A stretch of DNA of 43,901 nt from Thermoanaerobaculia bacterium (GCA_038329555.1 JBBQNC010000003.1:1-43901), one strand, 5' to 3'. Positions 1 through 9,192 are shown, counted from the stretch's first letter. Program-made: numbers and translations. Notes: generated by a model not told the origin, from the letters alone.

Positions 1-816
1 ACAGATCCACCGCATGCTCGGCCTTGTACGCCAGATGCGTCGTTCCGTCTTTCATCTTCGTGATCCGCGCATCCGCATCGCTCGAGCTCTTCCACTCTTT
101 GTTGGAGACCTTCTTGCCTTTCCTCTTGCGGTCCATCCGACCCAGATCCTCCGGCGTGGGATCCTTGATCCCTTCCGCCCTGGCCAGCTTCTTCAAGTAC
201 TTCTGGTACGTCGCCCCGTCGGCCCGGCGCACGATCGTGCGCATCGCCGCGTTGGCCTCTAACGTCGTCGCGTCGATGGCCACCTTCCGCCCTTTCAGCA
301 GCCCCTCTTCCTGCGCCACCTTCAGTACCCAGTCGAAAACCTCCCGATGGATCTCTTCCGGAAACTTGCGCCTCAGTCCCGAGAGCGTCGAGTGGTCCGG
401 GGTCGCCTGCGTCAGCCCAAAACCCAAAAACTCCCGCAACGACAGCGAGTCCGCGCACTTCCACGCGATCGCTCGCTCCGACGACAGCCCCTCGAAAAAC
501 CCCACGAACATCATCCTCATGTACGTCCCGGGCGGAATCGACGGCCGGCCCAAAGTGTCCGCGAAAATCTTCTTCTCTTCCACCAGACCTTCGACAAACC
601 GATCGAACCCCTGCTGCCTGAGAAGCTCGTTCAAGCGGCGGTAGAACAGATGTCCCTCACCTCGCGCCAACTCGCTCGTCGTCACCCACAGGGGCGGTTG
701 TTCGCCACCTTCCCGGCTACCCATCGACATCGTGCCTCCCTCCACTGTCTTTGCCGATGACAACGAGTCTGGCAGTTACTTCATGCCGAAAGAATCAGAC
801 TTTTTCCACGGGCTGT
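1..816 (-). mobile_element. IS1182-family-like insertion sequence, left portion (continues off the window edge)
   Basis: Transposase ORF on the minus strand. Terminal-like sequence GACTTTTTCCACGGGCTG at 798-815 coincides with the point where the YncE reading frame loses homology. Confidence 0.8.
2..730 (-). CDS. DDE transposase, IS1182/IS5-like (N-terminal part, truncated by the window)
   Basis: Manual translation: MSMGSREGGEQPPLWVTT...GRPSIPPGTYMRMMFVGFFEGLSSERAIAWKCADSLSLREFLG...PDHSTLS...VAIDATTLEANA...DADARITKMKDGTTHLAYK. GGGAGG RBS upstream. Absent from the ORF track because it has no stop in the window. Confidence 0.88.
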   Translation of the reverse strand, partial: MSMGSREGGEQPPLWVTTSELARGEGHLFYRRLNELLRQQGFDRFVEGLVEEKKIFADTLGRPSIPPGTYMRMMFVGFFEGLSSERAIAWKCADSLSLREFLGFGLTQATPDHSTLSGLRRKFPEEIHREVFDWVLKVAQEEGLLKGRKVAIDATTLEANAAMRTIVRRADGATYQKYLKKLARAEGIKDPTPEDLGRMDRKRKGKKVSNKEWKSSSDADARITKMKDGTTHLAYKAEHAVDL

Positions 817-1632
817 CAAGCTCCCCTCACCATTCGAACTGAATGCGAGGCCCGTGCCCGGGTCGTAACCATTCGAGTCCACCCCTTCACCGATCGGAAC
901 GGTGGCGACGACTCTCCCGCTCTTAGAGTCCACAACCGCCATCATCTTGTTGCTGCAGCCGACGAAAAGCCTCTGGTGCTCCCGATCGATCGCCATTCCC
1001 GAGGGCTCCTCGCAGGGCGACAAGGGCCACTGCTTCTCGACGGCCATCTTGCGGGAGTCGATGACGGCCATCGCACTCTTGTCCTCTAAGTTTACAAAGA
1101 CCTTTCCGGAGCCATCGGAAGTGGCAAATTCCGGTCTGCCACCAAGGGCAATGGTTGCCAGCGGTCGCCCGGTCTTTGCATCGATCGCGGTAGCGTCGGC
1201 TGTTCCACCGTTGAAAGCAAACACCCGTTTCGTCGCTGTGTCGTAAAGAATCGCGTCGGGGTTCTTGCCTGTGCTCTTAATAGTCTGGAGCTGTTTGAGC
1301 GTCTTCAGGTCGAAGACCGTGATGGTGGACGCGCGGCCGTTGCTCGTGAAACCGCGGCCCAGTTCCGATGCGATCGCGATCCCGTGGACGCCTTCCGTGT
1401 TCGGTATATCGCCAACGACCACTCCGGTGTCCACATCCAAAACCATTACGTGGGTGGCGCGGCTTACGTAGAGCCGTCGGGCGCCGCTATCGACAGTCAG
1501 ATAGTCCCAACCCCCGTCGCCACCCACCGCAAACTTCTTTGTGACGCGGTAGCCAGCGGCCTCCGTGCCTCGGGAGGCGAGGGGAATCAGAAAGAGAACG
1601 AACATACCCTGACGGGCGAGTTTCGAAATCAC
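781..1632 (-). pseudogene. YncE/YVTN beta-propeller protein, C-terminally truncated by IS insertion
   Basis: Signal peptide, then GGDGGWDYLTVD..RRLYVSR, HGIA, NPDAILYD, PCEEPSGMAID repeats. After ...SSNGEGSLT the frame runs into IS sequence and stops. GTG start with AGGAG RBS. Confidence 0.8.
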
Positions 1633-1687
1633 GACGTCTCCTCTTATAGGAAAGTGTCTCTCATGCTTCCACGAGGCAGCATTTGGC

Positions 1688-3094
1688 CTACTTCGCGAGT
1701 TCGTAGTTGTAGAGCATTCGCCCGTCTGAGGCGACAAACCGCACCGTCACGGCATCCGGCACGATCTCGAGTGTCGCAAAGCCATGTTCATTCACCCCGA
1801 AGATCTCGCGTGGGTCGGGGTGGAGCGGACGGGTCCCGGCACCACCTCCCCCGGATACGAAGAAATGGACACCCCCCTCCTCGCGGAGGTGCTGCAGGTC
1901 GTGGTCATGGCCGCATAGATAAATATCGGCCCGCCCCCGAAGAATCGGGAGGAGGCGCGCCACGAGATCGGCGGTGTCCCCGTGGTGGCCCGCCGAACGG
2001 ATGGGATGATGTCCATACACGATCTTCCAGCGCGCGCGACTCGCGCCGAGCGCGCCGGCAAGCCACGCCAGCTGCGCGTCGGAGACCTCGTTTGTATCCA
2101 CGGCGAAGAACTGAGCGGGTCCGGCGGTGAACGTGTAGTACGGCGCCGGCATGGACCAGGTCCCGCTGCTGTAGAGGATTTCCGCTGCCGGACTGTCGGA
2201 CATCTTCCAGTCGTGGTTGCCCATGACGGCGTAAAATCGGATTCCGAGGGGCGCGTAGAGGTCTTCCCACCACGACTTCCACCGCGGGTCCTGCGGACTC
2301 GCCATCCCCTCCTGGTAGAAGTTGTCGCCCAGAGTCAGCCCGAAATCAAACGGCGTCTTCAGCGCCACGGCACGCATCGCCGAAGCCGTCTCCCTCTGCT
2401 CCACGGAGCCGTCGCCGAAGTCGCCGAAAGCAAGAACGTGAATGGACGAGCTCTCCGACGCGACGGCGAACGGCCCGGGAGGCTTTCGAAGAAAGGATGG
2501 CAGCGCGACCCCGCGAGTCAGGCCGATATATCTCTCGTCCTCGTCGAGCAAGCGCCGCAGGGCGTCTGTGTCGCCTTCGTGGAGGGCGGCGTCGATCCGG
2601 CGTCGCAGAAGCTTCCGGTTGGCGGTCGTGTCTAGAAGACGGAGCCTCTCGAGGGAATCGAGCCCTACCTCGGCGTCTGGATCATCTGCGGCATGACGCA
2701 TAAGCGCCCGGCGCACCGCCACAGACCCAGATCCGGCGAAGGCGTTCACGATCGCTCGACGAACCAGGGCGGACGGATCGCGGTCCAGAACGCTCAGGAG
2801 GAACGTCTCGGCTCGGACAGGCTCTTCCGTCATGAGGGAGCCGGCCAGCTTCGCCCTCGTCTTCTGGTCGGTCTCCGCGAGAATCCCCCGGCCTCGAGCT
2901 TCCAGATCCGCCGGAAGAAAGCTCGAGGAGACATTGGAGCGAACTCCGGCGCCGGGCCGCCTCGGATGACTCGCCCGGCCGACGCCGCCCCCCGTGGCAG
3001 CGACGATCGCGAGGAGGGCGCCGGCGACCCCCAGACTCCGAAGCCCGGCGCCCCGGCCGCGTCCCCGCGTCCCCGGCGGTGCCGCTGTTGTCAT
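1688..3094 (-). CDS. Secreted purple acid phosphatase-type metallophosphoesterase with N-terminal HEAT-like repeats
   Basis: All five PAP motifs present: GDFG, GDNFY, GNHD, VYGHH, GHDH. N-terminal hydrophobic signal and HEAT-like segments (LDRDPSALVRRAIVNAF, AADDPDAEV). Start overlaps the TBDR stop (ATGA). Confidence 0.85.
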   Translation of the reverse strand: MTTAAPPGTRGRGRGAGLRSLGVAGALLAIVAATGGGVGRASHPRRPGAGVRSNVSSSFLPADLEARGRGILAETDQKTRAKLAGSLMTEEPVRAETFLLSVLDRDPSALVRRAIVNAFAGSGSVAVRRALMRHAADDPDAEVGLDSLERLRLLDTTANRKLLRRRIDAALHEGDTDALRRLLDEDERYIGLTRGVALPSFLRKPPGPFAVASESSSIHVLAFGDFGDGSVEQRETASAMRAVALKTPFDFGLTLGDNFYQEGMASPQDPRWKSWWEDLYAPLGIRFYAVMGNHDWKMSDSPAAEILYSSGTWSMPAPYYTFTAGPAQFFAVDTNEVSDAQLAWLAGALGASRARWKIVYGHHPIRSAGHHGDTADLVARLLPILRGRADIYLCGHDHDLQHLREEGGVHFFVSGGGGAGTRPLHPDPREIFGVNEHGFATLEIVPDAVTVRFVASDGRMLYNYELAK

Positions 3095-5928
3095 CGATTC
3101 AGCCTGAAACCGAGGGCCACCGTGCGGCTGTAGAACTCCCTCTGGAGGTTCCAGTGCGGATCCCCGTTGTAAAACCCGAACACCGCGTTGTTGATGTTCA
3201 GCGCGCTCAGGACGACCGCGAGCCCGTTCGACAACGTGTAACTGGCCTGAGCGTCGACCTGCGTGTGGGGGTACAGATACGTATCGCCGTTGGGGCCGTT
3301 CAGTCCGCCGTCGGCGCCGTCCTGGAAGTTGTAGAGAAAGATCGTCGCCGCGTTATACGTCAGCGCGGCACGCATGGAGAAGCCGCCCCGGTCGTAGGTC
3401 AGTCCGAGGTTAAAGATCCTCGGCACCGTCCGCTGGAGCCGCGCCGTGCCCGATCGGCCGGTCGCCGGATCGAACGTGGCCTTCGAGTCCGTGTACGTGT
3501 AGTTCGTGTCGACGCCGAGACCGGAAAGCACGCCGGGAAGAAAGCTCAGGTGCTGCTGCCAGCCGACCTCGGCGCCGTAGATCTTCGCGGAAGGTCCGTT
3601 GATGGGCTGGACCTGTTGGAACCCGTCGAACACACCGCCGTGGATCGTGGTCGAGGCGCCCGGGTAGATCGGGTCCTTCAGGTCCTTGTAGAACCCTCCG
3701 GCCGATACGACCCCGAGAGAGCCGAAGTAATGCTCGAAGAGCAGGTCGTAGCTGCGGCTCTTCGTTGGCTTCAGGTTGGGGTTGCCGGCGTTGATCTGCT
3801 TGCGCGAGTCGCTTTCGATGAACGAGGGGGCCAGGAGACCGTAGTCCGGCCGGCCGATCTGCCATCCATAGACGAGGCGCACGGTCGAGCTGGGATCGAT
3901 GGCGTACTTGAACGAAATGCTCGGCAGGGCGTTCGTGTAAGTCGATCCTCCGCTCGTCGGTGACGTGGACATCCATTTCCCGTTCGGGTCGCTCTGGACG
4001 AGGAATCCGGAATAGGTCGCGTTCGTATGCTCGACTCGGACGCCAAGTCGAACGTCGAGGGGTCCGAAGCTGGTCGTGTTCATCGCGTAGAAGGCTCCGA
4101 TTTTCTCCTTGGCCTCGAAGTTGTTGGGGTCGTTGCGGAGGTGCTCGCGATTCACGTTCTCGACGAACGCGTTGGGGTTCGTGTCGAAGAAGTGGGTCAC
4201 CGCCGCGAGGCTGGCGTTCGGTCCCTGGGGGTAGTCGTTGAAGTAGTAGTGCGAGTCGGTGAACGAGTCGAGGCCCTGGCTCAAAAGGTAGGTCGTCCCG
4301 TCCGCTACGTTGAAGAAGCGGTCATGCTGGCTGTTGGTCTTGTCCTCGTCCCGATACTTGCCGCCGATCTTCAGGACGCTCGGGTGCTCGCCGAGCAGAT
4401 AGGGCATCGATGCGTTGACGCCGAGCGCCACGGCCCTGGCGTTCGAGCGCTGGTCGGAGCGGGAGAACGACGAAAGCGTGTAGAGAGAAGGATCGAGCGG
4501 GTTCGCGATTCCTATGGGCGTGAATCTGGGGAAATAGCCGTTGGAGGAGTCGACCTCGAAGGCGGCGGACGGGCCGTCGAACCCCGCCTGTTGCTGATTG
4601 ACCCGGTCCTGACGAGCGTGCGAATAAGAAACGTCGTAGTCGACGAGCAAGGTTCGCAGGCTACTCTTTCCGCCGAGGGAGATGCTGTACGTCTGCTCGT
4701 TGGGGCGGCGGTTCTGGACGGTCGCCTCGTAGCCGCCCGAGTCGTCCGTCCGGGTCGGGGTTAAGAACTCGCCGGCGCTGATACCAGTGACCCATCGGTC
4801 GCCGTAATTCTTGAATTGAGCGAGCAAACCTCTCAAATAGAGACTCGTGCCCTCGCTGGCCCGGTAGTCGAGCCCGCCGGCGACGCCGTACCGAGAACGT
4901 TCGTACCGGTAATCGCGCAAGTCCAAGGCGGTGAAGACACCAGCGCTCTCTCCGCTCGGTAACGTCACGATCGCCGAGCCCGGCTCGATGTCGTTGATGG
5001 CGCGGCCGTTCCAGTCGTAGCTGCCGTTGAGAACGACGCCGAGCTCCTTGTTTTCCCCGAAACGAGACGTGTAGGTCCCGCTCGCCTGATAGCTGTAGCG
5101 GCCGCTTTGGAGCCCGTTGTAGCCGCCGAGCAGGCTCAGGGAGGTCGAGGTTTCGTCCCCAGCGACCCTCGTGGCGAGATTGAGAGAACCGCCGATTGCA
5201 TCGCCGTCCTGGTCCGGCGAAGTGGTCTTGTAGAGCTCGACTGCGCCTACGAGATCCGAGGGAAAGGCATCCAGTTTGATCTGCCTCCCGAACCCCTCGT
5301 TGGACCCGGAGACCGTCGGAACGTGCACTCCGTTGATCGTTACACTCGTCAGCCTGGGTTCCAGCCCTCGGACCTCCACGTACTTGCCTTCGCCTTCGTC
5401 CCGCTCGAGCGCGACGCTGGGAAGGCGGCCTATCGCGTCGGCGAGGTTCGCGTTCGGAAGACTGGTGATCACTTCCGCGGGGAGCACGTTGACGATGTTC
5501 TCCGATGCCTTGCGCTCGTTGAGCGCCTCGACCTCACCCCGCTCGCGCGAAGCGCTGACGACGACGTTCTCGGCCACCCGGATGTCCTGTACGAGCTTGA
5601 AATCGGCGCGGGCGGCGCTTCCGGCGGCGACCGCCACCTCCCGGGTTTCCGCGACGAACCCGATGTACGAGACCTCCACGCGGTACGTCGCAGGCGGGAG
5701 ACTCGGAACGGCGTAAAAGCCCTCGCGGTCTGTCACTACGGCAAACGCTCCCGGCTCGACGTGAACTGTGGCCCCGGGAAGAAGTCGGTTGTTCGCGTCC
5801 GCGACCCGGCCGTGGACGCTTCCGCGTTCCTGCGCGGTCGCACCGTACGCGCAAAACAAACTGAACATCGTAACGATGAACGCGACGAGACCCACCGAGC
5901 GGAGCTCGAACCTGCGGCGAACGTCCAT
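3091..5928 (-). CDS. TonB-dependent receptor with carboxypeptidase-regulatory-like N-domain
   Basis: Plug motif LPNANLADAIGRLPSVALERDEGEGKYVEVRG, barrel motifs AGNPNLKP and RLGVRVEHT. Start chosen at ATG 5928, which has an AGGAG RBS. Confidence 0.9.
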   Translation of the reverse strand: MDVRRRFELRSVGLVAFIVTMFSLFCAYGATAQERGSVHGRVADANNRLLPGATVHVEPGAFAVVTDREGFYAVPSLPPATYRVEVSYIGFVAETREVAVAAGSAARADFKLVQDIRVAENVVVSASRERGEVEALNERKASENIVNVLPAEVITSLPNANLADAIGRLPSVALERDEGEGKYVEVRGLEPRLTSVTINGVHVPTVSGSNEGFGRQIKLDAFPSDLVGAVELYKTTSPDQDGDAIGGSLNLATRVAGDETSTSLSLLGGYNGLQSGRYSYQASGTYTSRFGENKELGVVLNGSYDWNGRAINDIEPGSAIVTLPSGESAGVFTALDLRDYRYERSRYGVAGGLDYRASEGTSLYLRGLLAQFKNYGDRWVTGISAGEFLTPTRTDDSGGYEATVQNRRPNEQTYSISLGGKSSLRTLLVDYDVSYSHARQDRVNQQQAGFDGPSAAFEVDSSNGYFPRFTPIGIANPLDPSLYTLSSFSRSDQRSNARAVALGVNASMPYLLGEHPSVLKIGGKYRDEDKTNSQHDRFFNVADGTTYLLSQGLDSFTDSHYYFNDYPQGPNASLAAVTHFFDTNPNAFVENVNREHLRNDPNNFEAKEKIGAFYAMNTTSFGPLDVRLGVRVEHTNATYSGFLVQSDPNGKWMSTSPTSGGSTYTNALPSISFKYAIDPSSTVRLVYGWQIGRPDYGLLAPSFIESDSRKQINAGNPNLKPTKSRSYDLLFEHYFGSLGVVSAGGFYKDLKDPIYPGASTTIHGGVFDGFQQVQPINGPSAKIYGAEVGWQQHLSFLPGVLSGLGVDTNYTYTDSKATFDPATGRSGTARLQRTVPRIFNLGLTYDRGGFSMRAALTYNAATIFLYNFQDGADGGLNGPNGDTYLYPHTQVDAQASYTLSNGLAVVLSALNINNAVFGFYNGDPHWNLQREFYSRTVALGFRLNR

Positions 5929-6248
5929 AGCGCGACTCCTTCTTTGTAACGCGTATCGGAGCGAGAGCAGGTCCAGCGTTTCAGCGGAGCCGATAGAGGC
6001 GGAAAAGCCCGCGTTAAATCGAGGCAAGGAAGCGGTTCAGGATTCTCGAAGGCCGTCGTCCGGCGGGGCCGTCGCTATCGTGCCTCGAATCGGGCCCGCA
6101 CGCTGATAGGGGCGCAATACCTGGCGACCGCCGTCGAAATCCTGAGGCGTACTCGCTAACCCGATGAAAAGCCCGAACACGAACGAACGGAATACGGACA
6201 AACGGACTCCCGCCCGTGCCGTGGTTTCTCTTAGGTGTGTGGGGAAAA

Positions 6249-6288
6249 TGGTGCGCCCGCCGCGATTCGAACGCGTGATCTTTAGCTC
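6249..6288 (-). repeat. att-like direct repeat of the tRNA-Arg(CCG) 3' end
   Basis: TGGTGCGCCCGCCGCGATTCGAACGCGtGAtCTTTAGCTC matches 9093-9132: first 27 bp identical, 38 of 40 overall. Confidence 0.9.
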
Positions 6289-6517
6289 TGAGTCCGATAT
6301 CAGCTGAAACGTATTCTTGAGAACCCCCCCGTCCGCATAGACGTCGTACGCCGGCCAGTCCGCTCCAAATGCGCGTCGCGAAGAGGGCTTCCTGGAGCGC
6401 CCGCCTCGAAGCCCGGACTCGTCTTAGACGCGAAACCGGCCGCGCGGCGCGGCCTTGTGGTCACGGCGAATTCGCCATATAAGACGAATCCATACCGGCG
6501 TTTGGAGGCAACTCGAC

Positions 6518-7690
6518 ATGACGAACGCGCCGATTCTCTCCGAAGATCTGCTTCGCAGGTTCCACGAGCGGGCACCCGTGTACGACCGCGAGAACCGCTT
6601 CTTCACGGAGGACTTCGAGGACCTTCGAACAACCGGGTACCTGAAGATGCCCGTGCCGAAGAAGTTCGGCGGGCTCGGCATGACGCTCGCGGAGTGCGCG
6701 CGGGAGACCCGCCGGCTCGCGTACTACGCTCCGGCGACGGCCCTGGGAACCAACATGCACGTGTACTGGTGCGGCGTCGCGGCCGAGGTGCACAAATCCG
6801 GCGACGGCTCCTGCGACTGGATGCTGGAGGCGGCCGGCAAGGGCGAGGTCTTCGCCGCCGGCCACGCCGAGCCGGGGCTCGATCTGCCGGTGATCCTCTC
6901 GACGACGAAGGCGCAGCGGGTCGAGGGCGGGTACCGGTACACCGGCCGGAAGGCCTTCGGGAGTCTCTCGCCGGTCTGGACGTTCCTCGGAATCCACGGC
7001 CTGAACGCGAGCGACCCCAAGGCGCCCAAGATCGTTCACGGCTTCCTCGCCCGCGACGCGAAGGGATATCGCATCGAGCAGACCTGGGACGTCCTCGGCA
7101 TGCGGGCGACGAAGAGCGACGACACGATCTTGGACGGCGCCTTCGTGCCGGATTCCCGCATTGCGCGCATCGTCGCGCCCGGCGCCGCGGGCGTGGACGT
7201 GTTCGTCCTCTCGATCTTCGCATGGGCCCTGGTGGGGTTCGCGAACGTGTACTACGGACTGGGCCGCCGCGCGCTCGACCTGACGCTCGAATCGCTGCCG
7301 AAGCGGACCTCGCTCGCCGTGTCGACCTCCATGGCGCACCACCCGGCCATGCAACACGGCGTCGCGGAGATGGTCATGGAGCTCGAGGCCTTAGAGCCCC
7401 TGATCGACCGCACGGCTTCCGATTGGTCCTCCGGCGTCGCGCACGGCGCGGCGTGGCCGTCCAAGATCTTTACCTGCAAACATCGGGCGACGGAGGGCGT
7501 GTGGAAGGTGGTCGACATGGCCCTCGAGCTCTCGGGCGGCTTCGGCATGTTCAAGAAGAGCGAGCTCGAGCGGCTCTTCCGGGACGCGCGAGCGGGACGC
7601 TTCCACCCGGCGAACCCCGCGCTGACGCACGAGTTCGTCGGGAAGACCGCGCTCGGCATCAACCCGGACGATTCGCCGCGCTGGGGCTAA
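6518..7690 (+). CDS. Acyl-CoA dehydrogenase-family protein / flavin-dependent monooxygenase
   Basis: Motifs VPKKFGGLG, AEPG, GRKAFGS, WDVLGMRATKSDD, GGFGMFKKSELERLFRDARAG. GGAGG RBS before ATG 6518. Confidence 0.88.
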   Translation: MTNAPILSEDLLRRFHERAPVYDRENRFFTEDFEDLRTTGYLKMPVPKKFGGLGMTLAECARETRRLAYYAPATALGTNMHVYWCGVAAEVHKSGDGSCDWMLEAAGKGEVFAAGHAEPGLDLPVILSTTKAQRVEGGYRYTGRKAFGSLSPVWTFLGIHGLNASDPKAPKIVHGFLARDAKGYRIEQTWDVLGMRATKSDDTILDGAFVPDSRIARIVAPGAAGVDVFVLSIFAWALVGFANVYYGLGRRALDLTLESLPKRTSLAVSTSMAHHPAMQHGVAEMVMELEALEPLIDRTASDWSSGVAHGAAWPSKIFTCKHRATEGVWKVVDMALELSGGFGMFKKSELERLFRDARAGRFHPANPALTHEFVGKTALGINPDDSPRWG

Positions 7691-7699
7691 GTGCTCCGC

Positions 7700-8232
7700 A
7701 TCCGGCTCCGGAGACTCTCGGCCGCCGGCTCCGTCCTTGCGGGCACCGGATCACCAGAGATCGCCGAGGCCGCAAACGCAAGGCCGGATGGGAACATGTC
7801 TACGTCGGCGTCGAGGACCATTCCCGATTGAGCTACGTCGAACCTCTGCCAGCGGAAGATAAGCAATACGTCGCCGGCTTTCTCGAACGAGCTGTTCACT
7901 GGTATCAAGCCCACGGCATCTACCCCAGACGCCTTCTCACCGATAACGGCAAGGTCTTTCAATCCCTCTCCTGGAAGGCCGTCTGCCGGCGCTTCTCGAT
8001 CCGCCAGAGCTTCACTCGCTCTTACCGCCCTCAGACCAACGGCAAATCCGAACGCTTCATCCAGACCATGCTGCGTGAGTGGGCCTACCGACGCCCATCC
8101 TCTTCCTCTGCTCAGCGCCGTCGCGCTCTGCCCAGATGGCTCCACGATTACGATCTCCACCGGCCCCATTCCGCCCTCGGCAACCGACCACCAGCTTCCC
8201 GCGTGAACAACGTCCTTAGCCGCAACAGCTAG
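7700..8232 (+). pseudogene. 5'-truncated IS481-family transposase remnant
   Basis: GHRITRDRR..AGWEHVYVGVEDHSRLSY, LLTDNG, RPQTNGKSERFIQTMLREWAY, HRPHSALG..PPASRVNNVLSRNS. The stop lies within a CTAG, as typical for IS481 targets. No start codon or HTH region. Confidence 0.88.
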
Positions 8233-8530
8233 TGCCGCCGCGAGCGGAGGCCGGTCATGGCCTGTTGGCTTCGCGGCATCCGCCGCTGGCGATTCTGGGT
8301 GCCCTGGAACTCGTCCGTCGCGGGCGGGTTGCCGCGGACTCGCGAAGGAGCTCGTCGGCCTCGAAGAGAAACGTCTTTGGATCACCGTCGCCGAAACGCT
8401 TGAACGTCGGCTCGGTTGTGATGGTGCAGGGGTCCGCGATCGACTGCGCCATGTTGTCCGCGGAGCCACCTTGGAAGACGCTCATGGTTCTTGACAGAGA
8501 GCATAATTCAAAGAGAAGCGCCCGGGCGTC

Positions 8531-8562
8531 GCTCACAGCTCACAGCTCACAGCTCTCAGCTC
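8531..8562 (+). repeat. Heptamer tandem repeat (GCTCACA)x3 + GCTCTCA + GCTC
   Basis: Read directly from the sequence. Confidence 0.85.
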
Positions 8563-8690
8563 CGGAACTCGTTTCCGGAGCAGGTCCTGGCTTCCTGCAG
8601 TGACGTCAATGCGTGCCGTTTAACCGGGCGCCAGGTGAAAAGGTTGCTGCAGGTGGTTCCTACGGGTACTCCCAAGGCAGGGTGAAGGGG

Positions 8691-9009
8691 TCACTTCCCC
8701 TTGCCCATCCTCCTGGCTTCCGCGATGGCGGCTCTCGACCCCTTGCTCTCCCGGATCGAGGAGATTGTCTTTTTCTGGTTGGCGGAGAGTCTCCTGACGA
8801 GTCCCATGTACTGACCCTCAGCCCTTCGGAAGGCTTGCAGCCTGGGATTCGTCTTCCTCTTCGTTCGAACCGGAGCTTTAGAACGTCGTGGTTTTCTGCC
8901 ACCCTCGTTGCGGCTTGGTTCCCTCGTTGAAACCAGTAACCTCCATCAGCATTGCCAGCCTCTCCCGAATCTTCTTGATCTCCTGATTGACAGCCTTCTC
9001 GAACGTCAT
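8691..9009 (-). pseudogene. Small basic hypothetical protein, frameshifted by a 19-bp insertion
   Basis: Strong RBS GAAGGAGGAGG, then MTFEKAVNQEIKKIRERLAMLMEVTGFNEG. Removing 19 bp between two CAACGAGGG copies restores the frame into GRKPRRSK...EGQYMGLVRRLSANQKKTISSIRESKGSRAAIAEARRMGKGK*. Confidence 0.6.
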
Positions 9010-9092
9010 TTTCAGAATTCCTCCTCCTTCGGGGGCGGGTCGGTAACTTCAGGCGACGGCTGCGACGATCGTTTGTCCAGTGTTTGAAAATA

Positions 9093-9170
9093 TGGTGCGC
9101 CCGCCGCGATTCGAACGCGGGACCTTTAGCTCCGGAGGCTAACGCTCTATCCGGACTGAGCTACGGGCGC
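9093..9170 (-). tRNA. tRNA-Arg(CCG)
   Basis: Cloverleaf: acceptor GCGCCCG/CGGGCGC, anticodon arm TTAGC-CTCCGGA-GCTAA, TTCGAAT loop, encoded CCA. Confidence 0.97.
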
Positions 9171-9192
9171 GAGAAAAGAACCGAGCGAGTCT

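Larger units (their letters stand above)
6249..9132. mobile_element. Degenerate genomic islet integrated at tRNA-Arg(CCG), no integrase
   Basis: Flanked by the tRNA 3'-end direct repeat. Contains an acyl-CoA dehydrogenase, an IS481 remnant and gene fragments. Confidence 0.75.

Noticed and set aside
14-760. Plus-strand ORFs of 82, 206 and 137 aa
   Set aside because: Antisense shadows of the minus-strand transposase.
5930-6240. Pho box or riboswitch upstream of the TonB receptor
   Set aside because: No convincing 11-bp-period direct repeats and no recognisable cobalamin/TPP aptamer by eye; would need an Rfam or motif scan.
6457-8232. 591-aa ORF that looks like a long transposase fusion
   Set aside because: The first ~410 codons are an off-frame overlap of the acyl-CoA dehydrogenase; only the IS481 tail is real.
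8255-8536. 93-aa minus-strand ORF in the islet
   Set aside because: Possibly a gene fragment, but no RBS or recognisable family, and it starts within the heptamer repeat; cannot be supported.
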